DNA of 64,000 nt from NCBI GenBank assembly GCA_947053455.1, contig CAMRSV010000002.1, forward strand, positions 1-64,000. The letters run 5' to 3'. The position numbers and the translations under genes are program-made. Positions 31,343 through 42,600 of the stretch are shown here, in pieces (positions within the stretch are counted from its first letter, which is position 1; the number at the start of each line of letters is the position of its first letter). Origin of the DNA: an uncultured Alphaproteobacteria bacterium (lineage in GTDB: Bacteria; Pseudomonadota; Alphaproteobacteria; Rs-D84). The notes under the pieces are model-generated. The model was given only the letters and a program-made list of their open reading frames with translations. It was not told where the DNA came from and ran no database searches.

Positions 31343-31631
31343 CTTGTTTTGTCCCTTATTGCACAAAAATATGATGATGGGATATCAAAATTAGCAACAT
31401 AGAAACGCCAATTCCGACAGTTTTTCGATACGCTGCCCCACCAACATACAAATCAAAAAGGTTAAAACACCGTACAATTCAAACGGCATTTGTAAGCCCC
31501 TTTCAATTTGCTCATAAGCTTAACAAAAATCCAAGAAAAGTCAACATTATTTATTATACTTTTTTAACACTGATTTTTTTCCTATAAAATGACGCCGCAT
31601 TTCATGCAATTTAACATAAAATTTGAAACTT

Positions 31632-31845
31632 TGTTGCGCACAAAGAGATGGCGCACCCTCGCACTCCCCATTGGCAAGATCCGCGGCTGGCCAACTTCGC
31701 TACGCTCGCTTCTCGCTTTCCTGAAAATAAAAAAATCCGACATTTGTCGGATTTTAAAACTTTGGTGCGAGCAAAGGGGCTCGAACCCTCGACCTCAACC
31801 TTGGCAAGGTTGCGCGGCTGGCCAACTTCGCTACGCTCTGCTCGC
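31632..31845 (-). repeat. Two degenerate tandem copies of tRNA-Gly (pseudo-tRNAs)
   Basis: 31763-31815 is identical to the tRNA 3' part with an altered D-arm; 31632-31716 is more decayed; both share CGCGGCTGGCCAACTTCGCTACGCTC; about 132 bp period. Confidence 0.8.
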
Positions 31846-31895
31846 TTGCTCAAAAAAAACAGTCCCGTCAAATAACAGGACTGTTTCTGAATATC

Positions 31896-31972
31896 TGGTG
31901 CGAGCAAAGGGGCTCGAACCCTCGACCTCAACCTTGGCAAGGTTGCGCTCTAGCCAACTGAGCTACGCTCGC
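31896..31972 (-). tRNA. tRNA-Gly(GCC)
   Basis: GCGAGCGTAGCTCAGTTGGCTAGAGCGCAACCTTGCCAAGGTTGAGGTCGAGGGTTCGAGCCCCTTTGCTCGCACCA. Confidence 0.97.
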
Positions 31973-32016
31973 ACTGCAGGGATAATTCTTACATATATTT
32001 TTACCTATTGCAAGTA

Positions 32017-32301
32017 TTATTTTTGTTTTATTTTTCCAACGCCATAATACCTTATTGAATCCAATGCAAATTGCCGCTGCTGCAGTTCAAGTTCCTTTTG
32101 GCGGATATTTAATTCACGCTGCTTTAGCTCATTATTCACATAAATTCCATTCGCAATTGTCAACAGTGCAAATGTTGATAAAACCGCTGCACACGATATT
32201 ATAGACAGACGTACGCCGCTTACATGCACATCTAATGTTTCTTTTATACGAACACCGACATCTGGCATCTGTTCAATAACAGTGTGTATGCGATCCATCA
32301 T
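32017..32301 (-). CDS. Hypothetical protein with TM helix and coiled coil
   Basis: 94 aa; overlaps the upstream region in the same orientation. Confidence 0.55.
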   Translation of the reverse strand: MMDRIHTVIEQMPDVGVRIKETLDVHVSGVRLSIISCAAVLSTFALLTIANGIYVNNELKQRELNIRQKELELQQRQFALDSIRYYGVGKIKQK

Positions 32302-32323
32302 TTTGGACCCTTTTTACATTCTA

Positions 32324-33310
32324 TTATAACCATTTCCACGGCTGCAGAATCTTTAATAGACTGTATGCCGTGCGTTTGTCGACATATGTGTGACCACAAC
32401 GTGGGCAAACTGCAAACGGACGCAACATAGCCTTGACCTTTTTGAACAGCATGAACCAAACCAACAGCCCCAGCAACCATGCCGCCGCAACCAGCCCCCA
32501 TGCAACATAACCAAAGTATTTGTTTACAGTTCCGGTAATTACATTTATTACATCCACATTCGATTTTTCCAAATCGTTATAGATTTTTGTAGCAACCGGC
32601 CATGATGATGGACGCCATGGATAAACATGTTCAACATTGTAACGGGTCAGCAATGTCGTCCCCAGCCCCCCGGTATTTTTATCCAACTGTTTTTTGATTG
32701 CTTCGTCAATCATCTTGTCGAATTCCAGTTGCAACGTGGATGTCAAATCCTTTTCCACCTTGTCCAATTTTTCATTTACCAATGCAGTGGTGTTATCAAC
32801 CTTTGCAATGGCGGAATCTGCCTTGGCCACACTGTCATCAACTTTGTTCAGCGCCTTGTCAATGCCGCTGGTATTAACACCTAGTTTACCCGCAACCCCA
32901 GTCAGCTTTTTTACCCCCGCTGTTTTTTTCGCGACGGCGGTATTTGCCTGTTTCGCCTTGGCCGTGGTTTCAGAAACCTTGTCAACAGCGTTTGATGCCA
33001 TCTTTACCTTGTCCACTGCAAATGCAATTGGCTTTTCCAAGTTAATCGCATCTTTTATCCCATCAAGCAGTTGTTCATACTGTTTTACAATATTTTGCTG
33101 CAAATCAAAGAACATGGACACAACGATTGATTTCTTTATCGGTTGGGAATATTTGTCCTTTACATGCAACGGCGCAATGATAACAAACGACAGCCACAAT
33201 ATCGACACAATCGCAAACACGCGCTTTGTCCATGTGATAAAAGAAGTCTTTTTTGCGACGGTTTTTGCGCCACCGTGGTCAATTACTTCTACTTGTTTTT
33301 TCTTGGGCAT
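32324..33310 (-). CDS. Membrane protein with coiled coil and C-terminal CPRC motif
   Basis: Two TM helices, Lys/Ala heptad region, VCPRCGH; SD AAGGAG. Confidence 0.75.
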   Translation of the reverse strand: MPKKKQVEVIDHGGAKTVAKKTSFITWTKRVFAIVSILWLSFVIIAPLHVKDKYSQPIKKSIVVSMFFDLQQNIVKQYEQLLDGIKDAINLEKPIAFAVDKVKMASNAVDKVSETTAKAKQANTAVAKKTAGVKKLTGVAGKLGVNTSGIDKALNKVDDSVAKADSAIAKVDNTTALVNEKLDKVEKDLTSTLQLEFDKMIDEAIKKQLDKNTGGLGTTLLTRYNVEHVYPWRPSSWPVATKIYNDLEKSNVDVINVITGTVNKYFGYVAWGLVAAAWLLGLLVWFMLFKKVKAMLRPFAVCPRCGHTYVDKRTAYSLLKILQPWKWL

Positions 33311-33369
33311 ATAAAACTCCTTTTTTTGATAATATAACTTTAATAAATTATTCACATGAAATGCAACAT

Positions 33370-33686
33370 TTATCTAATCTTGTCATTGAATTGAGAAATA
33401 TATTCCGACACATACTGCAAAAACGCCGCATACATTTTGGTTTTTGCCTGGTGCGCCATTATCTGATTGATGGCTCCATGATAAAAATCTGCCCGCGCGG
33501 GGTCATCAAACGCATATATTTCTGTGTGCGGTATCAAATCATAAGTGCGTCCATGGCTCAAATTAGAAACAAGTGCATAAACATAAAACTGTTTTCCTGC
33601 ATTCTTGCGTGCGGTGGCGAAATAAATTTTATCCCTGTCATTTAAAATATGTACAGGTTCTTGATACGGTGTTAATTTTATTTCCA

Positions 33687-33687
<1 letters not shown>
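33370..33687 (-). CDS. Hypothetical protein
   Basis: Translationally coupled to tgt (overlapping stop/start). Confidence 0.6.
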
Positions 33688-34802
<1,115 letters not shown>

Positions 34803-35816
34803 TTATGCCCCCTTTTTGAATAATAGGCAACAATCCCCGTATGAGAAAAACCGGTATTTTTCCGCAACTGCATGCGAATATGCGCGCTTCATTTCATCTA
34901 ACCCCGCGAATGCAGACACCAACATAAATAGCGTTGATTTCGGCAAATGAAAGTTTGTCAGCAGAACATCCACGGCACGGAATTTATAACCCGGCGTAAT
35001 GAATATATCCGTTGTTCGACAAAACGGCGCAACGCGCATACCAGGCGCAGCATCTGCCGCCGCAGATTCCAATGTACGCATTGATGTTGTGCCAACCGCG
35101 ATAACACGCGCTGCATTATTAATAATTTCAGCCTGCCCGGGTGTTATGCATGCCCATTCGCTGTGCATTTTGTGCTGTGATAAATCCTCGGTCTTAACCG
35201 GCATCCAGGTACCCGCCCCGACATGCAGGGTGACGTTAACAATTTGGGCACCACGCGCACGAATTTCGTCCAACATTTCATTTGTGAAATGTAATCCAGC
35301 CGTCGGTGCCGCCATGGAACCGGTGGGACCAGCGTACACGGTCTGATATCGTTCGCGGTCTAAATCCTCTTGTGCGCGTTTCATATAAGGTGGCAATGGC
35401 ATTTTCCCAACGCGTTCCAACACGTCAAACAAATTGTCGCAATTGAATTGTAGTTTAAGTCCGCTGTCATCATCACGCGCCAAGACGGTCGCAGTTGTCC
35501 CGTCATCCAGCGTGAGTGTCACGCCAATTTCAATTTTGTTAAATTTTTTGCACAGTCCCCACCACGTACCGTCATCCGCCGCCGTATGCAGGGTAATTTC
35601 ATGTCCAGACGCCATAAATCGCGCGGGGATAACACGCGAATTGTTAAATACGACCACATCGCCTGGGCGTAAAAATTCGATAAAATCGCGCACGCAGAAA
35701 TCTGAAATTTCGCCATTGTTCGCAACCAGCATGCGTGATGCATCGCGCCGCGGCGCCGGATGCGACGCAATCAATTCCGGTGGCAATTCAAAATCAAAAT
35801 CAGATGTGTGTAACAT
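34803..35816 (-). CDS. queA: S-adenosylmethionine:tRNA ribosyltransferase-isomerase
   Basis: DFDFELPPELIA, PLPPY, AAPTAGLHF, TNFHLPKSTL, YRFFSYGD. Confidence 0.98.
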   Translation of the reverse strand: MLHTSDFDFELPPELIASHPAPRRDASRMLVANNGEISDFCVRDFIEFLRPGDVVVFNNSRVIPARFMASGHEITLHTAADDGTWWGLCKKFNKIEIGVTLTLDDGTTATVLARDDDSGLKLQFNCDNLFDVLERVGKMPLPPYMKRAQEDLDRERYQTVYAGPTGSMAAPTAGLHFTNEMLDEIRARGAQIVNVTLHVGAGTWMPVKTEDLSQHKMHSEWACITPGQAEIINNAARVIAVGTTSMRTLESAAADAAPGMRVAPFCRTTDIFITPGYKFRAVDVLLTNFHLPKSTLFMLVSAFAGLDEMKRAYSHAVAEKYRFFSYGDCCLLFKKGA

Positions 35817-35825
35817 TGGCAATGA

Positions 35826-36233
35826 TTATTTTGTTTTTTCCATTACCTTACGGATTGCCTCGCTTTGCAACTGTTTTTTTTGCATTGCCTCTTCTTCACA
35901 TATTATGTCGTTCAAAGTACGACCATTAATAGTTCCAACACGCGAATATTCTCGGTTTTGATAACCAAGCCTAGTGTTTCTAACCTCACTATTCCATACA
36001 CTATTAAAGCCGGAAAATGACAAAGTATCTCCTATATTTACCCGTCTATAGTATTTGGTTCCACTTGCGCGACCATCAAATTTAATCAACAATGTATCTT
36101 GTGAAGACTTAACATTTGTAAGAACTATTTTATTATCAGCTTTGCCGATAACAACGCCATTTTGCGTGCATCCACCGAACACCACCGGTGCACCAAACAT
36201 TACTGTTGTAACAATTTTATGTTTCAAACTCAT
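35826..36233 (-). CDS. Putative lipoprotein (AT-rich), paralog of the next ORF
   Basis: Lipobox-like FGGC; YY..INxGDTL and xNG+xxN motifs shared with 36247-36636. Confidence 0.65.
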   Translation of the reverse strand: MSLKHKIVTTVMFGAPVVFGGCTQNGVVIGKADNKIVLTNVKSSQDTLLIKFDGRASGTKYYRRVNIGDTLSFSGFNSVWNSEVRNTRLGYQNREYSRVGTINGRTLNDIICEEEAMQKKQLQSEAIRKVMEKTK

Positions 36234-36246
36234 ATTACTACCTTAA

Positions 36247-36636
36247 TTATTTTATTTTCGGCGTCACCATACGCATAACGCTATCTAATATAGATTGTTC
36301 TTTTAATTCATTAAAACTTTTACCATTTACAGATTCAATATTATCAATGTTATTTTTTTCGCCGCGGCGATTGGCTACAACCAAGCGTTCATTTACGCTT
36401 CGGTGGCATTTTAGTGTATCGCCCACATTAATCGTATAATACTGATAATATCCGGGTGCATCAGGCACAAAGCAAATCATATGCCGGTTTTCCGGATTGC
36501 CAACTTCATGAATAATGATTTTGTAATTTATCTTATGGTCAACAATAAATTTGGGCGAAGTATCCTCGCATCCCGTCAACATTGGCGCCACACATGTCGC
36601 CGCCATTAAAATTTTATTTTTTATATTCATTTGCAT
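36247..36636 (-). CDS. Putative lipoprotein (AT-rich)
   Basis: Lipobox LTGC; YYTINVGDTL, SVNGKSFNE. Confidence 0.65.
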   Translation of the reverse strand: MQMNIKNKILMAATCVAPMLTGCEDTSPKFIVDHKINYKIIIHEVGNPENRHMICFVPDAPGYYQYYTINVGDTLKCHRSVNERLVVANRRGEKNNIDNIESVNGKSFNELKEQSILDSVMRMVTPKIK

Positions 36637-36652
36637 CCCCTTTTATATGATT

Positions 36653-37546
36653 TTATTTCTTGAATTCCAAGCCTTGATCTACATAGTTTTCCGCACGGTT
36701 TTCCCAATCTGATTCCACGCGCACAAACAAATGCAGACGCGCATTTACACCCCATTGATTCTGAATATCATGACGGGCGCTTGTACCTATTTGTTGTAAC
36801 TGTGCACCACCGCGACCAATTACAATTTTCTTGTGTGCATCGCTTTGAACAACGATTTTCTGATAAATATCTAAAACGCCATCGGAATCAACATCTACTT
36901 TTTCGGTAACAACATTAATGTGATACGGCAACTCTTGGTGAATATATTTATAAATCTTTTCACGCGTCAATTCGGACAGATACAGATTATCCGGCACATC
37001 AACACTATCTGCTGCGTCAAACAGATATGGCCCCGCCGGCATAACCGCCGCCAATGCGTCCAGCATTCCCGCAACCCCATCATTTTTTAGCGCAGAAATC
37101 ATAAATATCTCGCGCCAATCGGCCATTTGGGACAATTCCGCCGCAATTGGCAACAAATCCTGTTTTTTTATGGCATCGGCTTTATTTAATGCAACAAACA
37201 AATTCGGTCTATTCTTTATTTTTTCAATCAAACCACGGATTGTGTCCGTCACGCCCTTTTGCGCATCCAAAATAAGCAACACCGCATCCGCGTCCGACAA
37301 CGCATCCATGGCTGCCCCCACCATTGCACGATCCAGCCGTCGCGCAGGCTTGAATACACCCGGCGTATCAACAAATATCAATTGACGGTCGCCGACCATT
37401 TTTACCGCACGAAAATTTGTACGTGTGGTTTGAACCTTGTGCGACACAATTGATACCTTACGCCCCATAATTTGATTTAATAATGTGCTTTTGCCCGCAT
37501 TTGTGGGGCCTATAATTGCAATAAATCCGGAATATGTCTGTTTCAT
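36653..37546 (-). CDS. era: GTPase Era
   Basis: GPTNAGKSTL, QTTR, DTPG, NKAD, KH-domain VIGRGG. Confidence 0.97.
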   Translation of the reverse strand: MKQTYSGFIAIIGPTNAGKSTLLNQIMGRKVSIVSHKVQTTRTNFRAVKMVGDRQLIFVDTPGVFKPARRLDRAMVGAAMDALSDADAVLLILDAQKGVTDTIRGLIEKIKNRPNLFVALNKADAIKKQDLLPIAAELSQMADWREIFMISALKNDGVAGMLDALAAVMPAGPYLFDAADSVDVPDNLYLSELTREKIYKYIHQELPYHINVVTEKVDVDSDGVLDIYQKIVVQSDAHKKIVIGRGGAQLQQIGTSARHDIQNQWGVNARLHLFVRVESDWENRAENYVDQGLEFKK

Positions 37547-37642
37547 ACTTTGGAACATAGCACAGTTTTTAAAAAAGTAAATAAAAAACCTTGCAAAAGT
37601 TGTACTTTATTTTATTATTTGTCCACAAATAAGGATTTGCTC

Positions 37643-38656
37643 ATGAAAACCACTGATAATGATATGAACACAGGATTTGGTGAAAAATGGAATTTGCGCT
37701 TTATGAATTTGGCCAAACATATATCAAATTGGTCCAAGGATGAAAGCACAAAGGTCGGATGCGTTATTGTAGGACCGGGCAAGGAAATCCGCAGCCTGGG
37801 TTACAATGGTTTCCCACGTGGCGTTGATGACACGATTGCCGAACGCCAGTTACGTCCGCTAAAATACGAATATTACGAACACGCCGAACGAAATGCGATA
37901 TATAACGCCAACCTGTCGGGCAGTGCGCTGCGTGGATGTACACTTTACGTAACATTGCCGCCATGCCCCGACTGCGCCCGCGGAATAATCCAGTCCGGAA
38001 TCCGGCATGTCTATTTCCTGAAACAGGAAGAAAAAAACAACAAAAATTTATCCGGCTGGCGCAAGAATATTTGCCTTTCATTGGAAATGTTTGACGAGGC
38101 GGGCGTCAAATATACATCATTAAACCGTGAAAACGGGATATGCGATGTCCCGCTGAAAAAGCTGTTCAATCTAGTGCCGCAGTATAAATTGGATAATGTG
38201 TCGAACATCACAATTAACAAGTATGGCCACAATCATCAGATATCAATGTGTATCGAAGAACTGGGCGAATTATCAACGGAGCTGCTGCTGAACAATTCTG
38301 CTAAAAACACAGCGGCGGAAACCGCAGATGTATACATAACGTTAAATCACATAACATACGGGTATGACATCCGTAAATCGGTTATCACCGCGCGCAACAA
38401 CAAGATACAAAACCCACAATATCTAACACGGGATGATGAACGCCTGATATCATTTTTTGCATTACAAAAAGAACTGCTGAAAAACATCAACCGCGGCTTT
38501 GATAACATCCCAGAAATCATAAACAGAACCGCCGATGCATATGTTGCACTGATAAAATCTATTGTGGAACGCAATAATATGGTTCAGGTACGAAAAATCA
38601 TACAATCTAAAATCGAACGAACAATTGAACGTGTAAAAACTGAAAAAGCTAAATAA
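37643..38656 (+). CDS. dCMP deaminase fused to MazG-like NTP pyrophosphohydrolase domain(s)
   Basis: SKD.STKVG, GYNG, HAERNAI, PCPDC; C-terminal CIEELGEL...AETADV and a second TADAY helix. Confidence 0.85.
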   Translation: MKTTDNDMNTGFGEKWNLRFMNLAKHISNWSKDESTKVGCVIVGPGKEIRSLGYNGFPRGVDDTIAERQLRPLKYEYYEHAERNAIYNANLSGSALRGCTLYVTLPPCPDCARGIIQSGIRHVYFLKQEEKNNKNLSGWRKNICLSLEMFDEAGVKYTSLNRENGICDVPLKKLFNLVPQYKLDNVSNITINKYGHNHQISMCIEELGELSTELLLNNSAKNTAAETADVYITLNHITYGYDIRKSVITARNNKIQNPQYLTRDDERLISFFALQKELLKNINRGFDNIPEIINRTADAYVALIKSIVERNNMVQVRKIIQSKIERTIERVKTEKAK

Positions 38657-38684
38657 AAACCGGCGTTATGCCGGTTTTTATAAA

Positions 38685-39431
38685 TTAACGTTCCATATCA
38701 TTTGTTTTCTTGTCTAATTTTTGCGTCCATTCGTTGTCCGGGAAATTCGTACGCAGCATTTTGGAAAATCCTGCTGCCTGCTCCGGCAGGCCGATTGCCG
38801 TATAACACTCGGTCAGGCGGTACATCGCCTCTGGCGTCATAACGGTTTCTTGGGCGTCGGTAACAACCGATTGCAGACGACTAATTGCGCTGGTCCAATT
38901 TTCGCGCGCCATATCGCGCCGTGCGGAATACATAATCTTGCCCGCGATATAGTTCTTCAAAATAATTATTTTGTTTTTCGCATTTTCGGCATATTCAGAT
39001 TTCGGAAACCGTTCAACCAATTGTTCAAACTGGGCCAGCGCATAGACCGACATTCCCGGCTCGCGCCGGACATCGCTTACCTGGCGATAATAACACATGC
39101 CACGCAAATACAGGACATATGGCACATCGCGATTCCCCGGGTGAAATCGCATAAAACGGTCAGCCGCTAAAATCGCCCCGGCAAAATCATCATCCATGTA
39201 ATAAGAATACGCCGCCATAACCAGCGCATCGGCCGCCCATGGACTGGACGGGTATTGCGTTTCCGCCCGCAGAAAATCCGCCGCCGCGGCATCATAATTC
39301 TTTTTGTTAAATTCATTGTACGCCTGGGTATATATATCATCAAGCGGCTGTTCCGGGGCAATCTTCGTTTCCCCACCGCCGCATCCGGCCACCAGGCCAC
39401 ACACCGCAATTAACATCAGTATCTTTTTCAT
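38685..39431 (-). CDS. bamD: Outer membrane assembly lipoprotein BamD
   Basis: Lipobox VAGC; YPSSPWA; RFMRFHPGN..VPYVLYLRG; TPEAMYRL. Confidence 0.92.
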   Translation of the reverse strand: MKKILMLIAVCGLVAGCGGGETKIAPEQPLDDIYTQAYNEFNKKNYDAAAADFLRAETQYPSSPWAADALVMAAYSYYMDDDFAGAILAADRFMRFHPGNRDVPYVLYLRGMCYYRQVSDVRREPGMSVYALAQFEQLVERFPKSEYAENAKNKIIILKNYIAGKIMYSARRDMARENWTSAISRLQSVVTDAQETVMTPEAMYRLTECYTAIGLPEQAAGFSKMLRTNFPDNEWTQKLDKKTNDMER

Positions 39432-39480
39432 TATAATCCTGCCTTGATTTTGTGTTTCAAATATGAGTATAATCGAAACC

Positions 39481-40941
39481 ATGAAACTAGGCAAACATAT
39501 TTTCGGCGTTGGCGCCATGACCGGCATCAGCCGTATATTTGGATTTATTCGCGACATGCTGATTGCGCGCGTACTCGGGGCGGGACGGTTAAGCGACATA
39601 TTTCTGGCGGCATTCAAGTTGCCGAATTTATTCCGTGATTTGCTGGGCGAAGGGGCATTGTCCGCTATATTCATCCCCATGTACACAGATTTGAAAAAAG
39701 ACGATGAATTTGCCAAGAATGTTTTTTCATGGCTAATTACCGTATTATTGGGCATAACCATAGTATTTGAGATACTCATGCCATTGATTGTATGGATATT
39801 GGCTCCCGGATTCGACGCAGAGCCGGGAAAAATGGAAATGACCGTACTAATTTCCAGAATAATGTTCTTTTATGTAATATTCGTGTGTGGTTCGGCATTC
39901 TTGTCTGCGATACTTAACGCGTTTTCAAAGTTCTTATTGGCTGCGTTTATGCCGGTTATGCTGAACATAATGCTGATATGCGCATTGTTGCTGGCGTCTA
40001 CATGGACTGGTGGTATGGCACTGTACCTTATGGCGGGGACGGTTGTTCTGTCGGGGGTCGTGCAATTTGCAATTTTGTGGGCACGGGTACGGGCACGACA
40101 CTTTGGCCTGCGCATTATCCGCCCCAGGTGGACACCCGGAATCAAACATCTGTTTCAGCGTCTGGGTATCAGTATTGTCGGAAATGGATTTTATCAGATT
40201 ACGATTATAATCGGCACACTGATTGCCAGTTTCCAAAATGGCGCTGTATCATGGCTGTATTACGCCGACAGAATTGTGCAATTACCTTTTGCAATGATTG
40301 GATTGGCGGTGGGAACGGTGCTGATGTCGTCAATTTCAAACGCATTGGCGGAAAACAACATGCGCAGTGTTCATATTCAGCAGAATTCTTCGATGCGTCG
40401 GTCAATGATGCTGATATTACCGTGCGTGGCGGGTCTTTTTGTGCTGGCGCAGCCAATTATAAAATACCTGTTTGAATACGGTGCGTGGACAACATCTGCA
40501 ACTTCGGCGGTGGCCGCAGCCATCATGATTCAGGTATTCGTCCTGCCGGCGATGCTAATCAGCCAGATTTATAGCAAAACGCTATATGCCGCCCAAGATG
40601 TCAAGACACCTGTAAAAACCAGCATGATTTCACTGGCGACGGCGGCAGTGATTTATTTGGCGCTGTTTCCGATACTGGGCTATTTGGCGATTCCCACCGG
40701 TGTTGTGGTCAGCGGATATCTTAAAAACTACCTGCTGGGGCGGGCATGCAAAAAACGCGGTCTGTTTAAAATGGATATGCGTTCAGTTCGCGCCATTGCG
40801 GCATTCGGACTGCTGGCCGCGGTGATGGGTGTTGGGCTGTGGTTTGTCCCAATTGACAGCATTTGGACAATGCTGGCGGCAATTGGCGTATATGGGATAA
40901 TATACCTGCCGATTGCATACGTTATCGACCGGAAATTATAG
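39481..40941 (+). CDS. murJ: Lipid II flippase MurJ
   Basis: SRIFGFIRD, AFKLPNLFR..GEGA, YYADRIVQLP. Confidence 0.95.
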   Translation: MKLGKHIFGVGAMTGISRIFGFIRDMLIARVLGAGRLSDIFLAAFKLPNLFRDLLGEGALSAIFIPMYTDLKKDDEFAKNVFSWLITVLLGITIVFEILMPLIVWILAPGFDAEPGKMEMTVLISRIMFFYVIFVCGSAFLSAILNAFSKFLLAAFMPVMLNIMLICALLLASTWTGGMALYLMAGTVVLSGVVQFAILWARVRARHFGLRIIRPRWTPGIKHLFQRLGISIVGNGFYQITIIIGTLIASFQNGAVSWLYYADRIVQLPFAMIGLAVGTVLMSSISNALAENNMRSVHIQQNSSMRRSMMLILPCVAGLFVLAQPIIKYLFEYGAWTTSATSAVAAAIMIQVFVLPAMLISQIYSKTLYAAQDVKTPVKTSMISLATAAVIYLALFPILGYLAIPTGVVVSGYLKNYLLGRACKKRGLFKMDMRSVRAIAAFGLLAAVMGVGLWFVPIDSIWTMLAAIGVYGIIYLPIAYVIDRKL

Positions 40942-41011
40942 ATAAAATAAAATTTGAAACCGGGGCTTTTTTATGATAAAATATAAATATTAAGAATGTA
41001 AGGAGTCCCAC

Positions 41012-41914
41012 ATGACAAAAAAAGTAATATCACTGGCGGTTTTGACTGCTGTGCTGACGGGGTGTATGAACAATAACGGCACAACGACCGGTACGGGCGG
41101 ATATGGTTCCGACGGCTTTGGCGAAGAAGTGCTGGTTACCACACCGAACGAAACGCAGACTTTGAATAACACATACCTGATGGCGCCGGCGCCGAAATAT
41201 TATATCGGCAACGCATACAAAGTTGAAGACGTTCAGTACATTCCAGTCGAAGATTTGACCTATAATCAAACCGGCGTGGCGGGTATTGTGCCGATTGAAT
41301 TGAACGGCAGCAAGACCAGCAACGGCGAAACGTTTGATATAACCCAAATGCTGGCGACCAGCAAAACGCTGCCTCTGCCGACAATTGCAAAGGTTACAAA
41401 TTTAGATAACGGTCAATCTGTGATTGTTCGTGTAAACAACCGCGGTCCGTTCGTAAATACCCGCATTATGGATTTGTCACCGGCAGCGGCGGCAAAAATC
41501 GGCATGAATGGCCAGACCAAGGTTCAAATTCAGGTTTTGCCAGAACAGTCAATTGCAGTTAAAAATGCAACACTGGGCGCGAACACCACATTCCAACAAA
41601 CCGAAACAATTGAAGTGACGCCGACCCAGACGATTGAAACAACCACAACAACCGTCACAACACCGGCTGCCACTGGTGATTACAGCGTACAATTGGCGGC
41701 ATTTTACGCCGAAGACAGTGCAACAGCTCTGGCCAACCGTATGAAGGCGTATGGCGATGCCACGGTTGTCAAAGAAGGCGACATGTACAAAGTTCGTATT
41801 ATAAATCTGGATGCATCCCAGGCACGCAGCGTTATCGACACACTGCGCAATAGCGAAGGCATGGCGCCAGGCTTGTTGAAAAACGGCCGCTGGATTAATG
41901 CAGATAGCATTTAA
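41012..41914 (+). CDS. rlpA: RlpA-like lipoprotein (DPBB + SPOR)
   Basis: LTGC lipobox; TSNGETFD, KTLPLP, VRVNNRGPF..RIMDLS; SPOR VQLAAF. Confidence 0.88.
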   Translation: MTKKVISLAVLTAVLTGCMNNNGTTTGTGGYGSDGFGEEVLVTTPNETQTLNNTYLMAPAPKYYIGNAYKVEDVQYIPVEDLTYNQTGVAGIVPIELNGSKTSNGETFDITQMLATSKTLPLPTIAKVTNLDNGQSVIVRVNNRGPFVNTRIMDLSPAAAAKIGMNGQTKVQIQVLPEQSIAVKNATLGANTTFQQTETIEVTPTQTIETTTTTVTTPAATGDYSVQLAAFYAEDSATALANRMKAYGDATVVKEGDMYKVRIINLDASQARSVIDTLRNSEGMAPGLLKNGRWINADSI

Positions 41915-41935
41915 TTTGTAAAGCATCCATCAAAA

Positions 41936-41967
41936 ATAAATCCCGCAAATGCGGGATTTATTTTTTT
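41936..41967 (+). terminator. Intrinsic terminator
   Basis: ATAAATCCCGCA-AA-TGCGGGATTTATTTTTTT. Confidence 0.85.
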
Positions 41968-42435
41968 AATATATGCGCCACAAATTATATGCAAATATGT
42001 TCATAGAATATAAAAACCACTATAGATATATCCCCGGCGCGTTATACCACAACGTTACATTGAAATTCTTTGACCTGATTTTGGCGGCACGTCGTTTTAA
42101 TTTTCGCAATACGCCACGTTGCCGCAACATTCGAAAAGCCATAGTTCCAGGTGTCACCGGTTGTAAAAAATATTCATCATACTGCAAACGATCCTTTTTA
42201 TGGTGCATTATTTTTTATCATCTAAAACCATAAAACCTTTGTCTGACAAGCATTTGAACAAATAATCGCGGGTAAGTTCACCCAGAAGGATTCCCTCGGC
42301 ATATAATGCCTGTGGGGGAAACCGTGACGGCTCGATTACACTTTGTTTATCTCGCCTACTTGTTTTCGAACCAGGGTTCTCATCCTGGGATGCACAGCAT
42401 AAATTAAAACCGGCGCAACCGCCGGTTTGAATTTA

Positions 42436-42512
42436 TGGCGCACCCAGAAGGATTCGAACCCTCAACCTTCTGATCCGTAGTCAGATGCTCTATCCAATTG
42501 AGCCATGGGTGC
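42436..42512 (-). tRNA. tRNA-Arg(ACG)
   Basis: GCACCCATGGCTCAATTGGATAGAGCATCTGACTACGGATCAGAAGGTTGAGGGTTCGAATCCTTCTGGGTGCGCCA. Confidence 0.97.
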
Positions 42513-42600
42513 AACAGTGTTATATTCTATATCAATTTATTCAAATTGCAAGAAAAAATAAAACTATTTGTAAAATAATTACAAATGCAGTATAATATGT

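Noticed and set aside
31589-32047. ORFs over the tRNA-Gly region
   Set aside because: Translations of the tRNA and its repeats.
39432-39779. Long N-terminal extension of bamD
   Set aside because: Antisense to murJ; the true start is the lipoprotein signal at 39431 with SD AGGA.
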